Shown here: in pieces, positions 19,118 through 29,781 of the stretch
Numbering within the stretch: position 1 is the stretch's first letter
Layout: each line of letters starts with the position of its first letter
Assembly: GCA_963668025.2 (NCBI GenBank)
Contig: CAXXTH010000010.1
Location: forward strand, 128,001 to 192,000
Reading direction: 5' to 3'
Length of the DNA stretch: 64,000 bases
From: Candidatus Hydrogenedentota bacterium
GTDB lineage: Bacteria > Hydrogenedentota > Hydrogenedentia > Hydrogenedentales > SLHB01
Notes under the pieces: model-generated
What the model saw: the letters and a program-made list of their open reading frames with translations, nothing else
Databases searched by the model: none
Told to the model about the DNA's origin: nothing
Translations under genes and position numbers: made by a program

Positions 19118-20515
19118 TCATATATGGATGGCGCGTCCATCCACGGCCAGCGCCGCTTCTTTCAAGGCTTCAGCGAGCGTGGGGTGCGCATGGCAGGTCC
19201 GGGCGATGTCTTCGCTGCTCGCGCCGAATGCCATGGCCGCCGCCGCCTCGGCGATAAGGTCGCCCGCGCGCGGCCCGAGGATATGCACGCCCAACACGCG
19301 GTCCGTATGCGCATCCGCAAGCACTTTGACAATGCCCTGCGTTTCTCCTAAGGCCTGCGCCCGGCCATTGGCCAGGAAGGGGAATGTCCCTGCGCGGTAT
19401 TCGATGCCCGATTCTTTCAAGGCGTCTTCCGTCTTGCCCACGGAGGCAAGCTCGGGGTGGGTATAGCACACGGCGGGAATAGCGTCGTAATTCACATGGC
19501 CATAACCGGTGGCGATACGCTCGACGCAAGCGATGCCCTCCTCTTCGGCCTTGTGGGCAAGCATGGGCGGCGTGAAATCGGCGAAGGTGATGGCGTCGCC
19601 GATGGCATATATGCCCTCCGCCTGCGTGGCGTAATGGCTGTTCACGAGAATGCGGCCTCGTTTATCGCATGCGACGCCTACGGCCTCAAGGCCAAGCCCC
19701 TGCGTATACGGCGCGCGCCCTACCGCTAACAGCACATGGCTGCAATGGATAGGGTCCGCGCTTTCGGCCTCGACTACGCAGCCTGCTCCATTGCGCCGCG
19801 CGGCGGTGACCTTCGCTCCTAGATGAAACATGAAGCTCTGTTTCAGGAAAAGCTTGTATGCTTCTTCGGCGAGTGGACTGTCCATGCCGGGCAGAATGCG
19901 GGGCAGGTATTCGAGCACGGTCACTTTTGCGCCCAGGCGCAGCCATACGGAACCCAATTCGAGGCCGATATACCCCGCACCGATGATCACCAAATACTCT
20001 GGTACTTCGGGATACGACAAGGCTTCCGTGCTCGTGCCGATGCGGCCGCCATCCAACTCGACGCCGGGCAGGCCCGCCGATTCGCTGCCCGTAGCGATGA
20101 GGATGTGCGTGGCGGACAGCTCGCCCTCGTCGGGGCCATCCACGGACACCCGCCCCTGCCCCGCGATGCGGCCGTGTCCATGATATCGCTTAATCTGGTT
20201 TCGCTTGAGAAGCAAGGCTACCCCGCCAGCGAGTTTTTGCACGACAGCGTCTTTGCGGGCCAGCATTTTAGCTAAGTTGAGGTGAACGCCCTCGACTTCG
20301 ACGCCGTGCCCGCCCAACTGCGTGCGGGCTTCGATGTAGCGCTCACTAGATTCCAGGAGGGCTTTACTGGGTATGCAGCCGACACGCAGGCACGTGCCGC
20401 CGCATTCCGGTTCCTTCTCGATGCAGGCCACATGCATACCCAGTTGAGCGGCGCGAATGGCGGCGGCATACCCGCCAGGTCCAGCGCCAATCACGGCAAG
20501 GTCATATGTCTCCAT
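19118..20515 (-). CDS. lpdA: Dihydrolipoyl dehydrogenase
   Basis: Start set at METYDL. GAGPGGY, GGTCLRVGCIPSK redox motif, GAGYIGLE, HAHPTLAE. Confidence 0.96.
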   Translation of the reverse strand: METYDLAVIGAGPGGYAAAIRAAQLGMHVACIEKEPECGGTCLRVGCIPSKALLESSERYIEARTQLGGHGVEVEGVHLNLAKMLARKDAVVQKLAGGVALLLKRNQIKRYHGHGRIAGQGRVSVDGPDEGELSATHILIATGSESAGLPGVELDGGRIGTSTEALSYPEVPEYLVIIGAGYIGLELGSVWLRLGAKVTVLEYLPRILPGMDSPLAEEAYKLFLKQSFMFHLGAKVTAARRNGAGCVVEAESADPIHCSHVLLAVGRAPYTQGLGLEAVGVACDKRGRILVNSHYATQAEGIYAIGDAITFADFTPPMLAHKAEEEGIACVERIATGYGHVNYDAIPAVCYTHPELASVGKTEDALKESGIEYRAGTFPFLANGRAQALGETQGIVKVLADAHTDRVLGVHILGPRAGDLIAEAAAAMAFGASSEDIARTCHAHPTLAEALKEAALAVDGRAIHI

Positions 20516-20806
20516 AAGGCTCCCCTTTGTAGGCCGCGCCAGCGGCGGCATGGGGTGAAAGGAACCATTTATGCTTGAATTAGAGCATATGGACGTATAA
20601 AACACCAAATATCCGAACCGGCAAGTTTTGGTTCTTATTCCGGATCTTTCACCACGATATCCCAAGGCACGTAGAACGAAGGGAGGAATTCCTTGTGTCT
20701 TTGCGCCTTGATGGTGTAAAAAATGATGGCTGGGAAATGACGCCATGCATGAGGAGCAGGCAAAATCCGCCAACAGGCTGATGCGGCCACGGAATTTCTG
20801 GATTAT

Positions 20807-20917
20807 TTGACTTAAGACATAAAATTATGCTAAGTTCCCCGCCGCTTAATTCATATCTCGAAATACGGTTTTTCGAGTCTTTACAGTGGCACGGCCCGCT
20901 GGGTGCCGCGCTTTTTT
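20807..20917 (+). promoter_or_regulatory. Candidate promoter and two-hairpin leader ending in a U tract, upstream of nadX
   Basis: TTGACT-N18-TAAGTT with TGn; hairpin CTCGAAA/TTTCGAG; hairpin GTGGCAC/GTGCCGC followed by T6. Confidence 0.4.
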
Positions 20918-20933
20918 ATGTTGCAGGTGCCAT

Positions 20934-21743
20934 ATGAGCAAGATGAAAGTTGGCCTTATCGGCTGTGGAAATATCGGCGCGGATCTATGCATCGCGTTGC
21001 AGCGCGGAGAGATAGAGGCGGAGATATGCGCTCTCACCGATATCGATGAGAGCCATGCCGAGAGATTAAAGCGTTCTTTTCTTCTGGATGCGGCCATATG
21101 TCCGCTGGAAGAAAATGTGGCCATGTCTGATTTCGTGGTGGAATGCGCCGCCGCGGACGCCGTGAGGGATGTTGTTGAAACCGCCATCCGCCATGGCAAG
21201 GATTGCTTGGTGATCAGTATCGGTGGCCTGATGGATCATCAGGATTTGTTCGAGAAAGCGCGGAGCAATCGCCGGAGGATCTGGCTGCCCTCTGGGGCAT
21301 TATGCGGCTTGGACGGTGTCCGCGCCGCTGCGGAAGCGGGGCTGCATTTGGTGCAGCTCACGACGCGCAAGCCGCCGAAAGGGCTCGAAGGCGCGCCGTA
21401 TTTGGTTGAAAATGGCATTGACTTGAACAACCTGTCGGCTGCGATGGTGGTGTTTGAAGGTTCGGCGCGGGAAGCATGCCATGCGTTTCCGAAGAATGTG
21501 AACGTGGCCGCGGCGCTGAGTTTCGCGGGCGTGGGCCCCGAACAAACGCGGGTGCGCGTGATTGCGGATCCAGCCGCTACGGCCAATTCGCATGAAATTA
21601 TTGCGGAAGGGGCTTTTGGACGCCTGGTGGCGATGACGGAGAATCTGCCGTCGCCCCGCAATATCAAATCGAGCTATCTTGCCTCCCTGTCGGCGGTGGC
21701 CGAGTTGAGGGTGGCTGCGGAGTCGTTTAGGGCGCGCAACTAA
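20934..21743 (+). CDS. nadX: L-aspartate dehydrogenase
   Basis: GLIGCGNIG, VVECA, PSGALCGLD, TTRKPP, FPKNVNVAAAL. Confidence 0.9.
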   Translation: MSKMKVGLIGCGNIGADLCIALQRGEIEAEICALTDIDESHAERLKRSFLLDAAICPLEENVAMSDFVVECAAADAVRDVVETAIRHGKDCLVISIGGLMDHQDLFEKARSNRRRIWLPSGALCGLDGVRAAAEAGLHLVQLTTRKPPKGLEGAPYLVENGIDLNNLSAAMVVFEGSAREACHAFPKNVNVAAALSFAGVGPEQTRVRVIADPAATANSHEIIAEGAFGRLVAMTENLPSPRNIKSSYLASLSAVAELRVAAESFRARN

Positions 21744-21781
21744 TACGCTGCCGGTGGCGGCGGGATAATGGAGAACGAGCA

Positions 21782-22093
21782 ATGTATGCAGTGGTGACTA
21801 CGGGAGGCAAACAGTTTCGGCTCGCCGAGGGCGACCGCGTGCGGGTTGCGCGGATTGATGCGCCCGTGGGCGACACCATCGAGCTGGACAAGGTGTGCCT
21901 GCTGGCGAAAGAAGATGGCCTAGTGGCCGATGCGGCGTCGCTTGCGAGCGCGCGCGTAGTATGTGAAGTGGTGGCCCATGATCGCGCCAAGAAAATCCGC
22001 GTGTTCAAAAAGAAACGCAAAAAAAATTACACGCGCACACAAGGGCACCGGCAAGATTACACCGAACTGAAAATACAAGCCATTAAGGCGTAA
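21782..22093 (+). CDS. rplU: 50S ribosomal protein L21
   Basis: MYAVVTTGGKQF..KKIRVFKKKR..QGHRQDYT. Confidence 0.97.
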   Translation: MYAVVTTGGKQFRLAEGDRVRVARIDAPVGDTIELDKVCLLAKEDGLVADAASLASARVVCEVVAHDRAKKIRVFKKKRKKNYTRTQGHRQDYTELKIQAIKA

Positions 22094-22126
22094 GCAAGCC
22101 AGCAAGGCGTAAGGGAGAAGGGCGAA

Positions 22127-22393
22127 ATGGCTCATAAGAAAGCGGGCGGCAGTTCTCGCAACGGCCGCGATAGTAATTCGCAACGCTTAGGCGTGAAAAA
22201 ATATGGCGGCGAAGCCGTGCGCGCGGGCAATATTATCGTGCGCCAGCGCGGCACCAAGATCCGCCCGGGAATTAACGTGGGCCTCGGCCGCGATGACACG
22301 CTGTTCGCGTTGGCGGATGGAGTCATTCGATTCCGTCAAGTCACCCGCGAACGCAAATGCGTGGATGTGCTTGCCGTGGAGATTGTTGAGTAG
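22127..22393 (+). CDS. rpmA: 50S ribosomal protein L27
   Basis: [29 protein letters not shown]. Confidence 0.98.
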   Translation: MAHKKAGGSSRNGRDSNSQRLGVKKYGGEAVRAGNIIVRQRGTKIRPGINVGLGRDDTLFALADGVIRFRQVTRERKCVDVLAVEIVE

Positions 22394-22423
22394 CACGGAG
22401 CCTTCGGGCTCCGTCCAACCATT

Positions 22424-23677
22424 ATGCTCATCGATCGCGCGCGCATCAAAGTGATTGGCGGAAAGGGTGGCAACGGCTGTTGCAGCTTCCGCCGCGAGAA
22501 GTATGTGCCGCGTGGCGGCCCTGATGGGGGCGACGGCGGCAAGGGCGGCGATGTGTTCTTTTTCGCCGACCATCGGTTAACTTCCCTCCTGGATGTCCAA
22601 TTCCACGCCCATTGGAAGGGCGAATCAGGCATCCATGGCGGAGGCGGCAACCGCCATGGCAAATGTGGCGAGGATACGGATATCCATGTGCCGCCCGGCA
22701 CGATGGTTTTTGATTTTGAAACGGACGAGCCTATTGGCGATCTGACCCAGCAAGGACAGCGTTTGCTGGCCGCTAAGGGGGGCAGAGGCGGCAAAGGGAA
22801 TGCCCGTTTCTCCAGCTCGACCCACCAAGCGCCTCATTTCTCTGAAAAGGGAGAGCCGGGCGAGGAACGCGAGTTCCGCCTCGAACTCAAAATGATCGCC
22901 GATGTGGGCCTGGTCGGGCTTCCTAACGCGGGCAAATCCACCTTTCTTGCCGCCGCCACTGCGGCGCGGCCCAAAATCGCCGATTATCCTTTCACGACGC
23001 TTTCCCCAAATCTGGGCGTCGCCACGTTAAGCGGCTACCGGACCATCACCATCGCGGATATCCCAGGCATCATCGAAGGTGCGGCGGACGGACGCGGCTT
23101 GGGCCATGATTTTCTGCGCCACATCGAGCGGACCCGGGTGTTGTTGTTCCTGATTGATCTGGGCGATGAGGAGCCACTGGACACCTGCGGCATCCTAGAA
23201 GAAGAATTGGCGCAGCATAGTCTTGCTTTTGCGGATAAGCCGCGTATATATGTGCTGAACAAGGCGGATATCCCAGCGAATCGGGAGCGCTTCGAGGTCA
23301 TTTCCCGAGAATTTGATGCGCCGTTCCTTCTATCCGGAGCCACACACGAGGGCGTCGAGCCGCTGCTAGAACACTTGTGGACGCTGGTCGAGCGGGTCCG
23401 CTTGGAAGAAACCCTAACGCCGGATGTAGAAGTTGAACGGGAATACATTTATGAAGCTCCCTATGAGATTGAACGCGTGCCGGATGGATTCCGTATCGAA
23501 GGCAAAACGCTCATCCGCATGGTGCGCATGACGGATTTTGACAACGATGAGGCTGTCCGCCATTTACATGGCAAGCTTCAGCGCATGGGGGTCATCAAGG
23601 CGCTAAAGCGGATGGGCGCCCAGCAGGGCCACAATATCTATATCGACGAAGTGGAACTCGAGTATGAAGAGGAGTAG
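22424..23677 (+). CDS. obgE: GTPase ObgE/CgtA with C-terminal DUF1967-like extension
   Basis: FRREKYVPRGGPDGGDGG, GLPNAGKST, DYPFTTL, DIPG, NKAD. Confidence 0.97.
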   Translation: MLIDRARIKVIGGKGGNGCCSFRREKYVPRGGPDGGDGGKGGDVFFFADHRLTSLLDVQFHAHWKGESGIHGGGGNRHGKCGEDTDIHVPPGTMVFDFETDEPIGDLTQQGQRLLAAKGGRGGKGNARFSSSTHQAPHFSEKGEPGEEREFRLELKMIADVGLVGLPNAGKSTFLAAATAARPKIADYPFTTLSPNLGVATLSGYRTITIADIPGIIEGAADGRGLGHDFLRHIERTRVLLFLIDLGDEEPLDTCGILEEELAQHSLAFADKPRIYVLNKADIPANRERFEVISREFDAPFLLSGATHEGVEPLLEHLWTLVERVRLEETLTPDVEVEREYIYEAPYEIERVPDGFRIEGKTLIRMVRMTDFDNDEAVRHLHGKLQRMGVIKALKRMGAQQGHNIYIDEVELEYEEE

Positions 23678-23739
23678 GCTGGGCAAATCCGTGCGCGGGA
23701 TAACCTCGCCCCCTATGAACGGCTGAGAAGTAGTGCGAT

Positions 23740-24858
23740 ATGGAATCGAATATCAAGACGCTGGTGATTAAAATTGGCACCACCCTGCTGAGCGGCCCCA
23801 CTGGTTTTAACGGTTGCGTTCTGGAACAGCTCGTGAAAGAAATCGCGGCCTTAAAGCAGGAACGCGCCATCAACATCCTGGTGGTTTCGTCAGGGGCTAT
23901 CGGCTGCGGCATGAACGCTCTAGGCATGAAGGAGCGGCCCAAAGTGCTGCCCCTTAAGCAAGCGACGGCGGCCATTGGCCAAGCCAAGCTGATGCATTTT
24001 TATGAAACCCTCTTCCGCCTGTATGGAAATGGCCTTTGCACGGCCCAAGTGCTGATCACCGCCCAGGAACTGGATGACCGGGTGACCTATCTGAACATTC
24101 GGAACACCTTCCATGCGCTCTTCGATTTGAACCAAGTCATTCCCATTTTGAATGAGAATGATTCGGTGGCGACCGAAGAGTTGCGTTTTGGCGATAATGA
24201 CACGCTGGCGGCGCGCGTGGCGGTGAAAGTCGGGGCGGACCTGCTCATCTTGTTGAGCGATATCGACGGGCTTTACGATAAAAATCCCCGCACGCATCCG
24301 AATGCAACACTCATCGAGAAAGTAAACGGAGTCACTGCGGAGATTACCGCCCTGGCGGAAGACACCGGCACGGAAACCTCGATTGGCGGCATGCACACGA
24401 AGCTCAATGCCGCGAAAATCGCAGGCGCCGCAGGCCTGCCAATGGCCATTGCGGATGGCCGCCGCGAAGGCATCATCCACAGTATCCTGGCTGGCCAGGG
24501 CCCCATGACTTGGTTTGAATCTTCCGGCCATGGCTTGCCCTTGCGCAAGCGCTGGATCGCCTTTGGCCGCGCCACACGCGGGGTCATTGTCGTGGACGAC
24601 GGCGCGAGCGAAGCGGTGTTGCGTAAAGGCAAGAGCTTGCTGGCGGCGGGCATCGTCGAGGTATGCGGGAATTTTCACGAAGGTGACGCCGTGCGGGTAT
24701 CAGACCGGTCTGGCCGGGCCATCGCGAAAGGCATCGCCAATTATAACAGTGAGCAAGTGGAACGCATCAAAGGATGTAAGAGCCGCGAAATCAAGGCGGT
24801 TCTGGGCCGCAAGGATTTTGACGAAGTGATCCACCGGGACAACCTCGTGCTGTTGTAA
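23740..24858 (+). CDS. proB: Glutamate 5-kinase with PUA domain
   Basis: VIKIGT, VSSGAI, NENDSV..FGDNDTL, GGMHTK, VIHRDNL. Confidence 0.96.
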   Translation: MESNIKTLVIKIGTTLLSGPTGFNGCVLEQLVKEIAALKQERAINILVVSSGAIGCGMNALGMKERPKVLPLKQATAAIGQAKLMHFYETLFRLYGNGLCTAQVLITAQELDDRVTYLNIRNTFHALFDLNQVIPILNENDSVATEELRFGDNDTLAARVAVKVGADLLILLSDIDGLYDKNPRTHPNATLIEKVNGVTAEITALAEDTGTETSIGGMHTKLNAAKIAGAAGLPMAIADGRREGIIHSILAGQGPMTWFESSGHGLPLRKRWIAFGRATRGVIVVDDGASEAVLRKGKSLLAAGIVEVCGNFHEGDAVRVSDRSGRAIAKGIANYNSEQVERIKGCKSREIKAVLGRKDFDEVIHRDNLVLL

Positions 24859-24935
24859 GAGAAACAAAGCGTTTTTTGAGGAACCGTGAATAGACGCGTA
24901 TGAACGCGTAAATATGATCTGCAAGGTTTGCATTT

Positions 24936-24986
24936 CCCGTGGCATGGGCGTCTCGCCCATGGGCTTGGCCGGAGCAGCCATGCCGC
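24936..24986. repeat. REP-like doublet, family B (second arm degenerate)
   Basis: cccgtggcatgggcgtctcgcccatg-ggcttggccggagcagccatgccgc. Confidence 0.7.
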
Positions 24987-25087
24987 TAAAATTCCATCAC
25001 GGCTAATTTGGAATGCATTGGATCATGCTAAATCGTTGCGAGAAGCTACGCTGAAGCACGCTCCATAGGGCTGATATACTCATTTCA

Positions 25088-25110
25088 CCCCGGCTAAAGC
25101 CGGGCGCTAC
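25088..25110 (-). repeat. REP-like palindrome (GTAGCGCCCGGCTTTAGCCGGGG)
   Basis: GTAG tetranucleotide followed by a hairpin; single copy in the window. Confidence 0.5.
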
Positions 25111-25184
25111 GTAGAAGCCTGTAAAAAGGGAATTGCTGTATTTAGTGGTTGTTGTCGGCGGCGAATTTGTGCAGGAGATGGGCC

Positions 25185-26438
25185 ATGGCGTTACACGATG
25201 ATATCCAGTGTATCGGAAAGCAGGCGCGCGCCGCTTCGAACGCGCTGCGCACGTTATCGAGCCAAGTTAAAGACCATGCGCTTCAGCGCATCGCGCAAGG
25301 CCTGTGCGAGCAATCTGGTTTTCTCAAGGAAGCCAACCAGAAGGATCTCGCCGCCGGACGCGAAAAAGGCTTGTCGTCCGCCATGCTGGACCGGCTCGAA
25401 CTGACGGATAAGGCCATCGCGGCCATGGCGCAAGGATTGCGCGAAGTCGCGGCGCTGCCGGATCCGGTAGGCGAGATCGTAAGCCAAACGATTCGCCCCA
25501 ACGGCCTGCGCATCGCCCAGATCCGCCAGCCGCTCGGCGTCGTGGGCATTATCTATGAAAGCCGCCCGAACGTGACCGCCGACGCTGCGGCGCTATGTTT
25601 GAAATCGGGCAACGCCACGATTCTGCGGGGCGGCTCGGAAGCGATCCACTCGAATCTCGCTATTGCCCAGGTCTTTATGGAAGGCGCGCGGCAAGCGGGC
25701 GTCCCCGAACATGCCATCCAGATGATCAACACGACCGACCGCGCCGCCGTGGGCGAAATGCTGAAGATGAGCGAATACATTGATGTCATCGTGCCGCGCG
25801 GGGGCAAAGGGCTTATCGAACGTATCTACGCCGAATCGCGCATACCAGTGGTCGCGCATTTGGACGGCATCTGCCACACCTATGTGCATGACGATGCGAA
25901 TCTGGAAATGGCCCGCACGATTTGTTTCAACGCGAAAATGCAGCGGACCGGCGTTTGCAACACCATGGAGACACTGCTGGTGCATGCAGGCATCGCGAAG
26001 CAATTTTTGCCGGAGATGGCGGCGCAATTCGAGCAGGCCGGATGCGAACTGCGGGGATGTGAGCGGACCCAGGCCATTATCACATGCAAGCCCGCCACGG
26101 AATCGGATTGGTCCACGGAATACCTTGACGCCATATTGTCTATTCGAGTGGTGGACGGGCTTGAGGAGGCCATCGAGCATATCAACCAATATGGGTCGCA
26201 CCATTCGGACGCCATCGTGACGGAGGGATATGCGGCAGCCGAACGATTCCTGGATGCGGTGGACAGCGCCACGGTATATGTCAATGCCTCGACGCGCTTC
26301 ACGGATGGATTCCAGTTTGGCTTGGGCGCGGAGATCGGCATCAGCACGAGCAAGCTGCATTGCCGCGGCCCCATGGCCCTGAAGGAACTCACGAGCCTGA
26401 AGTACATTATCCGGGGCGCGGGCCAAATTCGGGAATAG
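25185..26438 (+). CDS. proA: Gamma-glutamyl phosphate reductase
   Basis: [45 protein letters not shown]. Confidence 0.96.
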   Translation: MALHDDIQCIGKQARAASNALRTLSSQVKDHALQRIAQGLCEQSGFLKEANQKDLAAGREKGLSSAMLDRLELTDKAIAAMAQGLREVAALPDPVGEIVSQTIRPNGLRIAQIRQPLGVVGIIYESRPNVTADAAALCLKSGNATILRGGSEAIHSNLAIAQVFMEGARQAGVPEHAIQMINTTDRAAVGEMLKMSEYIDVIVPRGGKGLIERIYAESRIPVVAHLDGICHTYVHDDANLEMARTICFNAKMQRTGVCNTMETLLVHAGIAKQFLPEMAAQFEQAGCELRGCERTQAIITCKPATESDWSTEYLDAILSIRVVDGLEEAIEHINQYGSHHSDAIVTEGYAAAERFLDAVDSATVYVNASTRFTDGFQFGLGAEIGISTSKLHCRGPMALKELTSLKYIIRGAGQIRE

Positions 26439-26448
26439 GTAGCGGCGA

Positions 26449-27063
26449 TTGGACAACACAACAACAACCCAAGCGCGGCAGCGCATCGGCGTGTATGGGG
26501 GCACGTTTGATCCCATCCATAATGCGCATATCGCCATGGCGGAAACGGCGCGAGCAGAAAAACGTCTCGATACGGTGTTGTTCGTGGTGTCGGCGCGCCC
26601 GCCGCACAAATCCCAAGAAAAACCGGGCGCTTCGGCGGAAGAGCGCTATGACATGGTGCGCCTGGCGCTCGAGGGGCGTCCTGGACTCGATGCGAGCCGC
26701 ATCGAGCTCGACCGTTCTGGTCCGTCGTATATGGCGGATACGCTGGACGCCATTCATGCCCAGTATCCCGAAGCCCTCCTCTATCTCATTATCGGCATGG
26801 ATTCGCTGGCGGATCTGCCGCAGTGGCATCACTCCGGGCATATCCTCGAACTCGCCCAGCTTCTGGCGATTCCTCGCCCGGGGCAATGGAATATCGACCC
26901 ATCCATGAAAGGCCATTATGAAATCCTGCCATTCCGCCAGGTCGAGTTGTCGTCCACGGATGTGCGCCAGCGCATTCAAGCGGGTGGCGGACTCGATACG
27001 GTAGCGCCGGAGCCTGTCGTCCGATATATCCGGGAAAGGGGGCTCTATGCCGCTGTTCCATGA
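26449..27063 (+). CDS. nadD: Nicotinate-nucleotide adenylyltransferase
   Basis: GGTFDPIHNAH, PPHK, IIGMDS, W, LSSTDVR. Confidence 0.94.
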   Translation: MDNTTTTQARQRIGVYGGTFDPIHNAHIAMAETARAEKRLDTVLFVVSARPPHKSQEKPGASAEERYDMVRLALEGRPGLDASRIELDRSGPSYMADTLDAIHAQYPEALLYLIIGMDSLADLPQWHHSGHILELAQLLAIPRPGQWNIDPSMKGHYEILPFRQVELSSTDVRQRIQAGGGLDTVAPEPVVRYIRERGLYAAVP

Positions 27064-27652
27064 ACTCGACCGGTCCGAAGCATATGTGGCGCTGTTGCGT
27101 GAGCGTTTGCCAGAGAAGACGGTCCGCCATAGCATTTCGGTAGCATCTTGGGCGGATATTGTGGCGGCGGCGTCTGGCGTGGACCGTGAAAAGGCGGCCA
27201 CGGCCGCTTTGCTCCATGACCTGGAGAAAGGCCTCGGAGGGAAAGACCTGCTCAAAATGGCCAAAGACATGGGCCTGGATATTTCGGAGACACAGCGGGA
27301 AAAACCAAAGCTGCTGCATGGCTTCGTCGGTGCGGAAGAATGCCGCCGTTTGCTGGGCATCGAGGATGAAGAGATTCTCGATGCGATTCGCTGGCATACG
27401 ACAGGCTTGCCGGGATTGGGCCCCGTGGGCTTGGTGTTGTACTTCGCTGATTTTTCGGAGCCGTTGCGGGAGTATCTGGAAGCGCCGGAAGCGCGCCGCC
27501 TTTTCGAAGAGGACGGCCTGCACGAAGCCCTGTGCTTCGTGGCCTCGGCAAAACTCGAATACGCCCGCCGCAAGCCGCCGCTTGATCCCAATACGGAAGC
27601 ATTTGGCAATTGGCTGCATCGAATCCCGATGCTGCCGGGGGTGTCCGGGTGA
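27047..27652 (+). CDS. yqeK: HD-domain Ap4A hydrolase, YqeK family
   Basis: RHS, LLHD, LLHG, IRWHTTG, ADFSEP; follows nadD. Confidence 0.88.
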   Translation: MPLFHELDRSEAYVALLRERLPEKTVRHSISVASWADIVAAASGVDREKAATAALLHDLEKGLGGKDLLKMAKDMGLDISETQREKPKLLHGFVGAEECRRLLGIEDEEILDAIRWHTTGLPGLGPVGLVLYFADFSEPLREYLEAPEARRLFEEDGLHEALCFVASAKLEYARRKPPLDPNTEAFGNWLHRIPMLPGVSG

Positions 27653-28425
27653 TGCGCGACGACTTTGAGGGCCTCGCACGGCATTACGATACACTGATGT
27701 CCCACGTCAATTATGAGCGATGGCTCATAGTGGCGTCCGAGCTGGCCTGCCTATTGCCCCAGCAGTTCCGCCATTTGGATGCCGCGTGCGGCACGGGCGT
27801 GCTCCTGAACAAATTACGCCATATTGGATGGAACACCACGGGCGCGGACCTGTCGGTTTCCATGCTAGATGTGGCGAGGCGGCGCCTGCCTGATGCGACG
27901 CTCGTGGCGGCGGATCTGCGGGCCATGCCGTATTTAGGCGCTTTTAACTATATCACGTGCCTGTTTGACAGCATCAACTTTCTGCTGGATGAAGCGGATT
28001 TGCAAACGGCGATGCGCAATATAGCCGCTGCGTTGAAACCGGGCGGCCTCGTGTATTTTGACGTGGTGACGGAGCGCATGGTGCTCCAGCATTTCGCCGA
28101 GCAGGAATGGACCGAAAGCCAAGGCCGCTTGCGTACGCGATGGGTCTGCCAATATGACCGGGCCAAACGCATTTCGCGTTCGGATATTTATGTAGGAAGC
28201 GGCCCCGCGCGGACCATTCTCGAGCGTATTTATGAGCCAGAACAGATCGAAAATGCCTTACACGCCGCAGGCTTCGAATTACTCGGCGCGTTTGACGCCG
28301 AAACTTGGCGGCCTGTTGGGCGCAGAACGGTCCGGATCGATTACGTGGCCGTGAAGGGTGAAGCAGCGCCATTTGCCCGGCAGATGGAAGGGGTGAAAGG
28401 GCGCGTCCGCTTTCTTATGCGCTGA
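27652..28425 (+). CDS. Class I SAM-dependent methyltransferase
   Basis: LDAACGTG, DLSVSML, CLFDSINF, LKPGG; ATG overlaps the yqeK stop. Confidence 0.88.
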   Translation: MRDDFEGLARHYDTLMSHVNYERWLIVASELACLLPQQFRHLDAACGTGVLLNKLRHIGWNTTGADLSVSMLDVARRRLPDATLVAADLRAMPYLGAFNYITCLFDSINFLLDEADLQTAMRNIAAALKPGGLVYFDVVTERMVLQHFAEQEWTESQGRLRTRWVCQYDRAKRISRSDIYVGSGPARTILERIYEPEQIENALHAAGFELLGAFDAETWRPVGRRTVRIDYVAVKGEAAPFARQMEGVKGRVRFLMR

Positions 28426-28477
28426 AACAAAACGAGCGGGACGGCTTACGACAAACCGCCCCGCACGATAAATAATA

Positions 28478-29557
28478 CTAGATGGTCGCCACCAGATTCG
28501 CGACGGCGTCGCCGATCTTCGTGGTGGACATGCCGGAGTCTTTGATCTCTTTCGCGGACATGCCAGGCAGGACGCCGGATTCCAGGAATTGGGTGCAGGC
28601 GCGGTCGATGCACGCGGCGGCTTCGGTCTCGCCCAGATGCTCGAGCATCATTTCACCGGCAAAGATGCTGGCCAGCGGGTTGATGACATTCAATCCCGTA
28701 TATTTAGGTGCGCTGCCGCCGATGGGCTCGAACATGGACACGCCCTCGGGATTGATGTTGCCGCCCGCCGCGATGCCCATGCCGCCTTGCACCATGGCCC
28801 CAAGGTCCGTGATGATATCGCCGAACATGTTGCCCGTCACGATGACATCAAACCATTCGGGATTTTTCACCATCCACATCGTGATGGCGTCCACGTGGGC
28901 GTAATCGCGCTTAATGTCCGGGTAATCTTTCGCGCCCACTTCATGGAAGGCGCGCTCCCAAAGGTCGTATACATAGGTCAGTACGTTCGTCTTGCCGCAC
29001 AGCGTGAGCTTGTTGTCTTTATTGCGCTTGCGGGCATACTCGAAGGCGTAGCGCAGGCAGCGCTCGACTTGGTGCCTCGAGTAGATCATGAGCTGCGTGG
29101 CGATCTCATGCTCCGTGCCTTTTTGTACGAATCCGCCATTGCCGGTGTACAGGCCGCTCGAGTTTTCACGCACGACAACGAAGTCGATGTCTTTCGGCCC
29201 CTTGTTTTTGATGGGCGTTTCGACGTTGGGATAGAGTTTAACGGGGCGCAAGTTGATGTATTGGTCGAGTTCGAAGCGCACGCGCAGCAAGATGCCTTTT
29301 TCAAGGATGCCCGGCTTGACATCGGGATGGCCGATGGCCCCCAGCAAGATGGCATCATATTTTCGGAGTTCATCGCATGCGTTATCAGGCAACACTTCGC
29401 CCGTGCGGAGATAACGGTCGCCGCCAAAATCGTACAGATTGGTTTCCAGCTTGATGCCAAACCGCTGCGCGGCGGCATTGGCGACTTTCAGCGCTTCAGT
29501 CAACACTTCCGGGCCTGTTCCGTCGCCAGGCATCAGCGCGATCTTGTAGGTGGACAT
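28478..29557 (-). CDS. leuB: 3-isopropylmalate dehydrogenase (isocitrate/isopropylmalate family)
   Basis: PGDGTGPEV, NLRP, VVREN, NMFGDIITD, FEPIGGSAP, NP. Confidence 0.85.
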   Translation of the reverse strand: MSTYKIALMPGDGTGPEVLTEALKVANAAAQRFGIKLETNLYDFGGDRYLRTGEVLPDNACDELRKYDAILLGAIGHPDVKPGILEKGILLRVRFELDQYINLRPVKLYPNVETPIKNKGPKDIDFVVVRENSSGLYTGNGGFVQKGTEHEIATQLMIYSRHQVERCLRYAFEYARKRNKDNKLTLCGKTNVLTYVYDLWERAFHEVGAKDYPDIKRDYAHVDAITMWMVKNPEWFDVIVTGNMFGDIITDLGAMVQGGMGIAAGGNINPEGVSMFEPIGGSAPKYTGLNVINPLASIFAGEMMLEHLGETEAAACIDRACTQFLESGVLPGMSAKEIKDSGMSTTKIGDAVANLVATI

Positions 29558-29781
29558 GTGCGTGCTCTCCTTCCGTCGGTCTACGTTGGTAAAAAATGCG
29601 CAGGCAGATCCGCCGCGCAAGCGCTCGAATGGTATCATGTGGAGGGCTTTTGATCAAAAGAACGAAGGAGGTGAATGGAAGGCTCGATAACTCGTCTATT
29701 TGTGTAATGGGGACTAAGCGCCATTGCTTGCGTGTTGTCCTTATGTAACGGCGCGAGTATGCGCCAAGGAGGGAGAATCTG

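Noticed and set aside
20851-20920. Canonical purine riboswitch or tRNA fragment
   Set aside because: Lacks the CCGUAAA loop and closing P1, and forms no cloverleaf; kept only as an unclassified candidate leader.
22396-22416. GGAGCC-TTCG-GGCTCC hairpin between rpmA and obgE as an ncRNA
   Set aside because: A single stable tetraloop hairpin with no U tract; likely an mRNA stability or processing element.
25593-27705. Long antisense ORFs (338, 432 and 301 aa) and similar ones opposite leuB, hisS, deoC and tmk
   Set aside because: Shadow frames of well-supported GC-rich genes, with no recognisable motifs.
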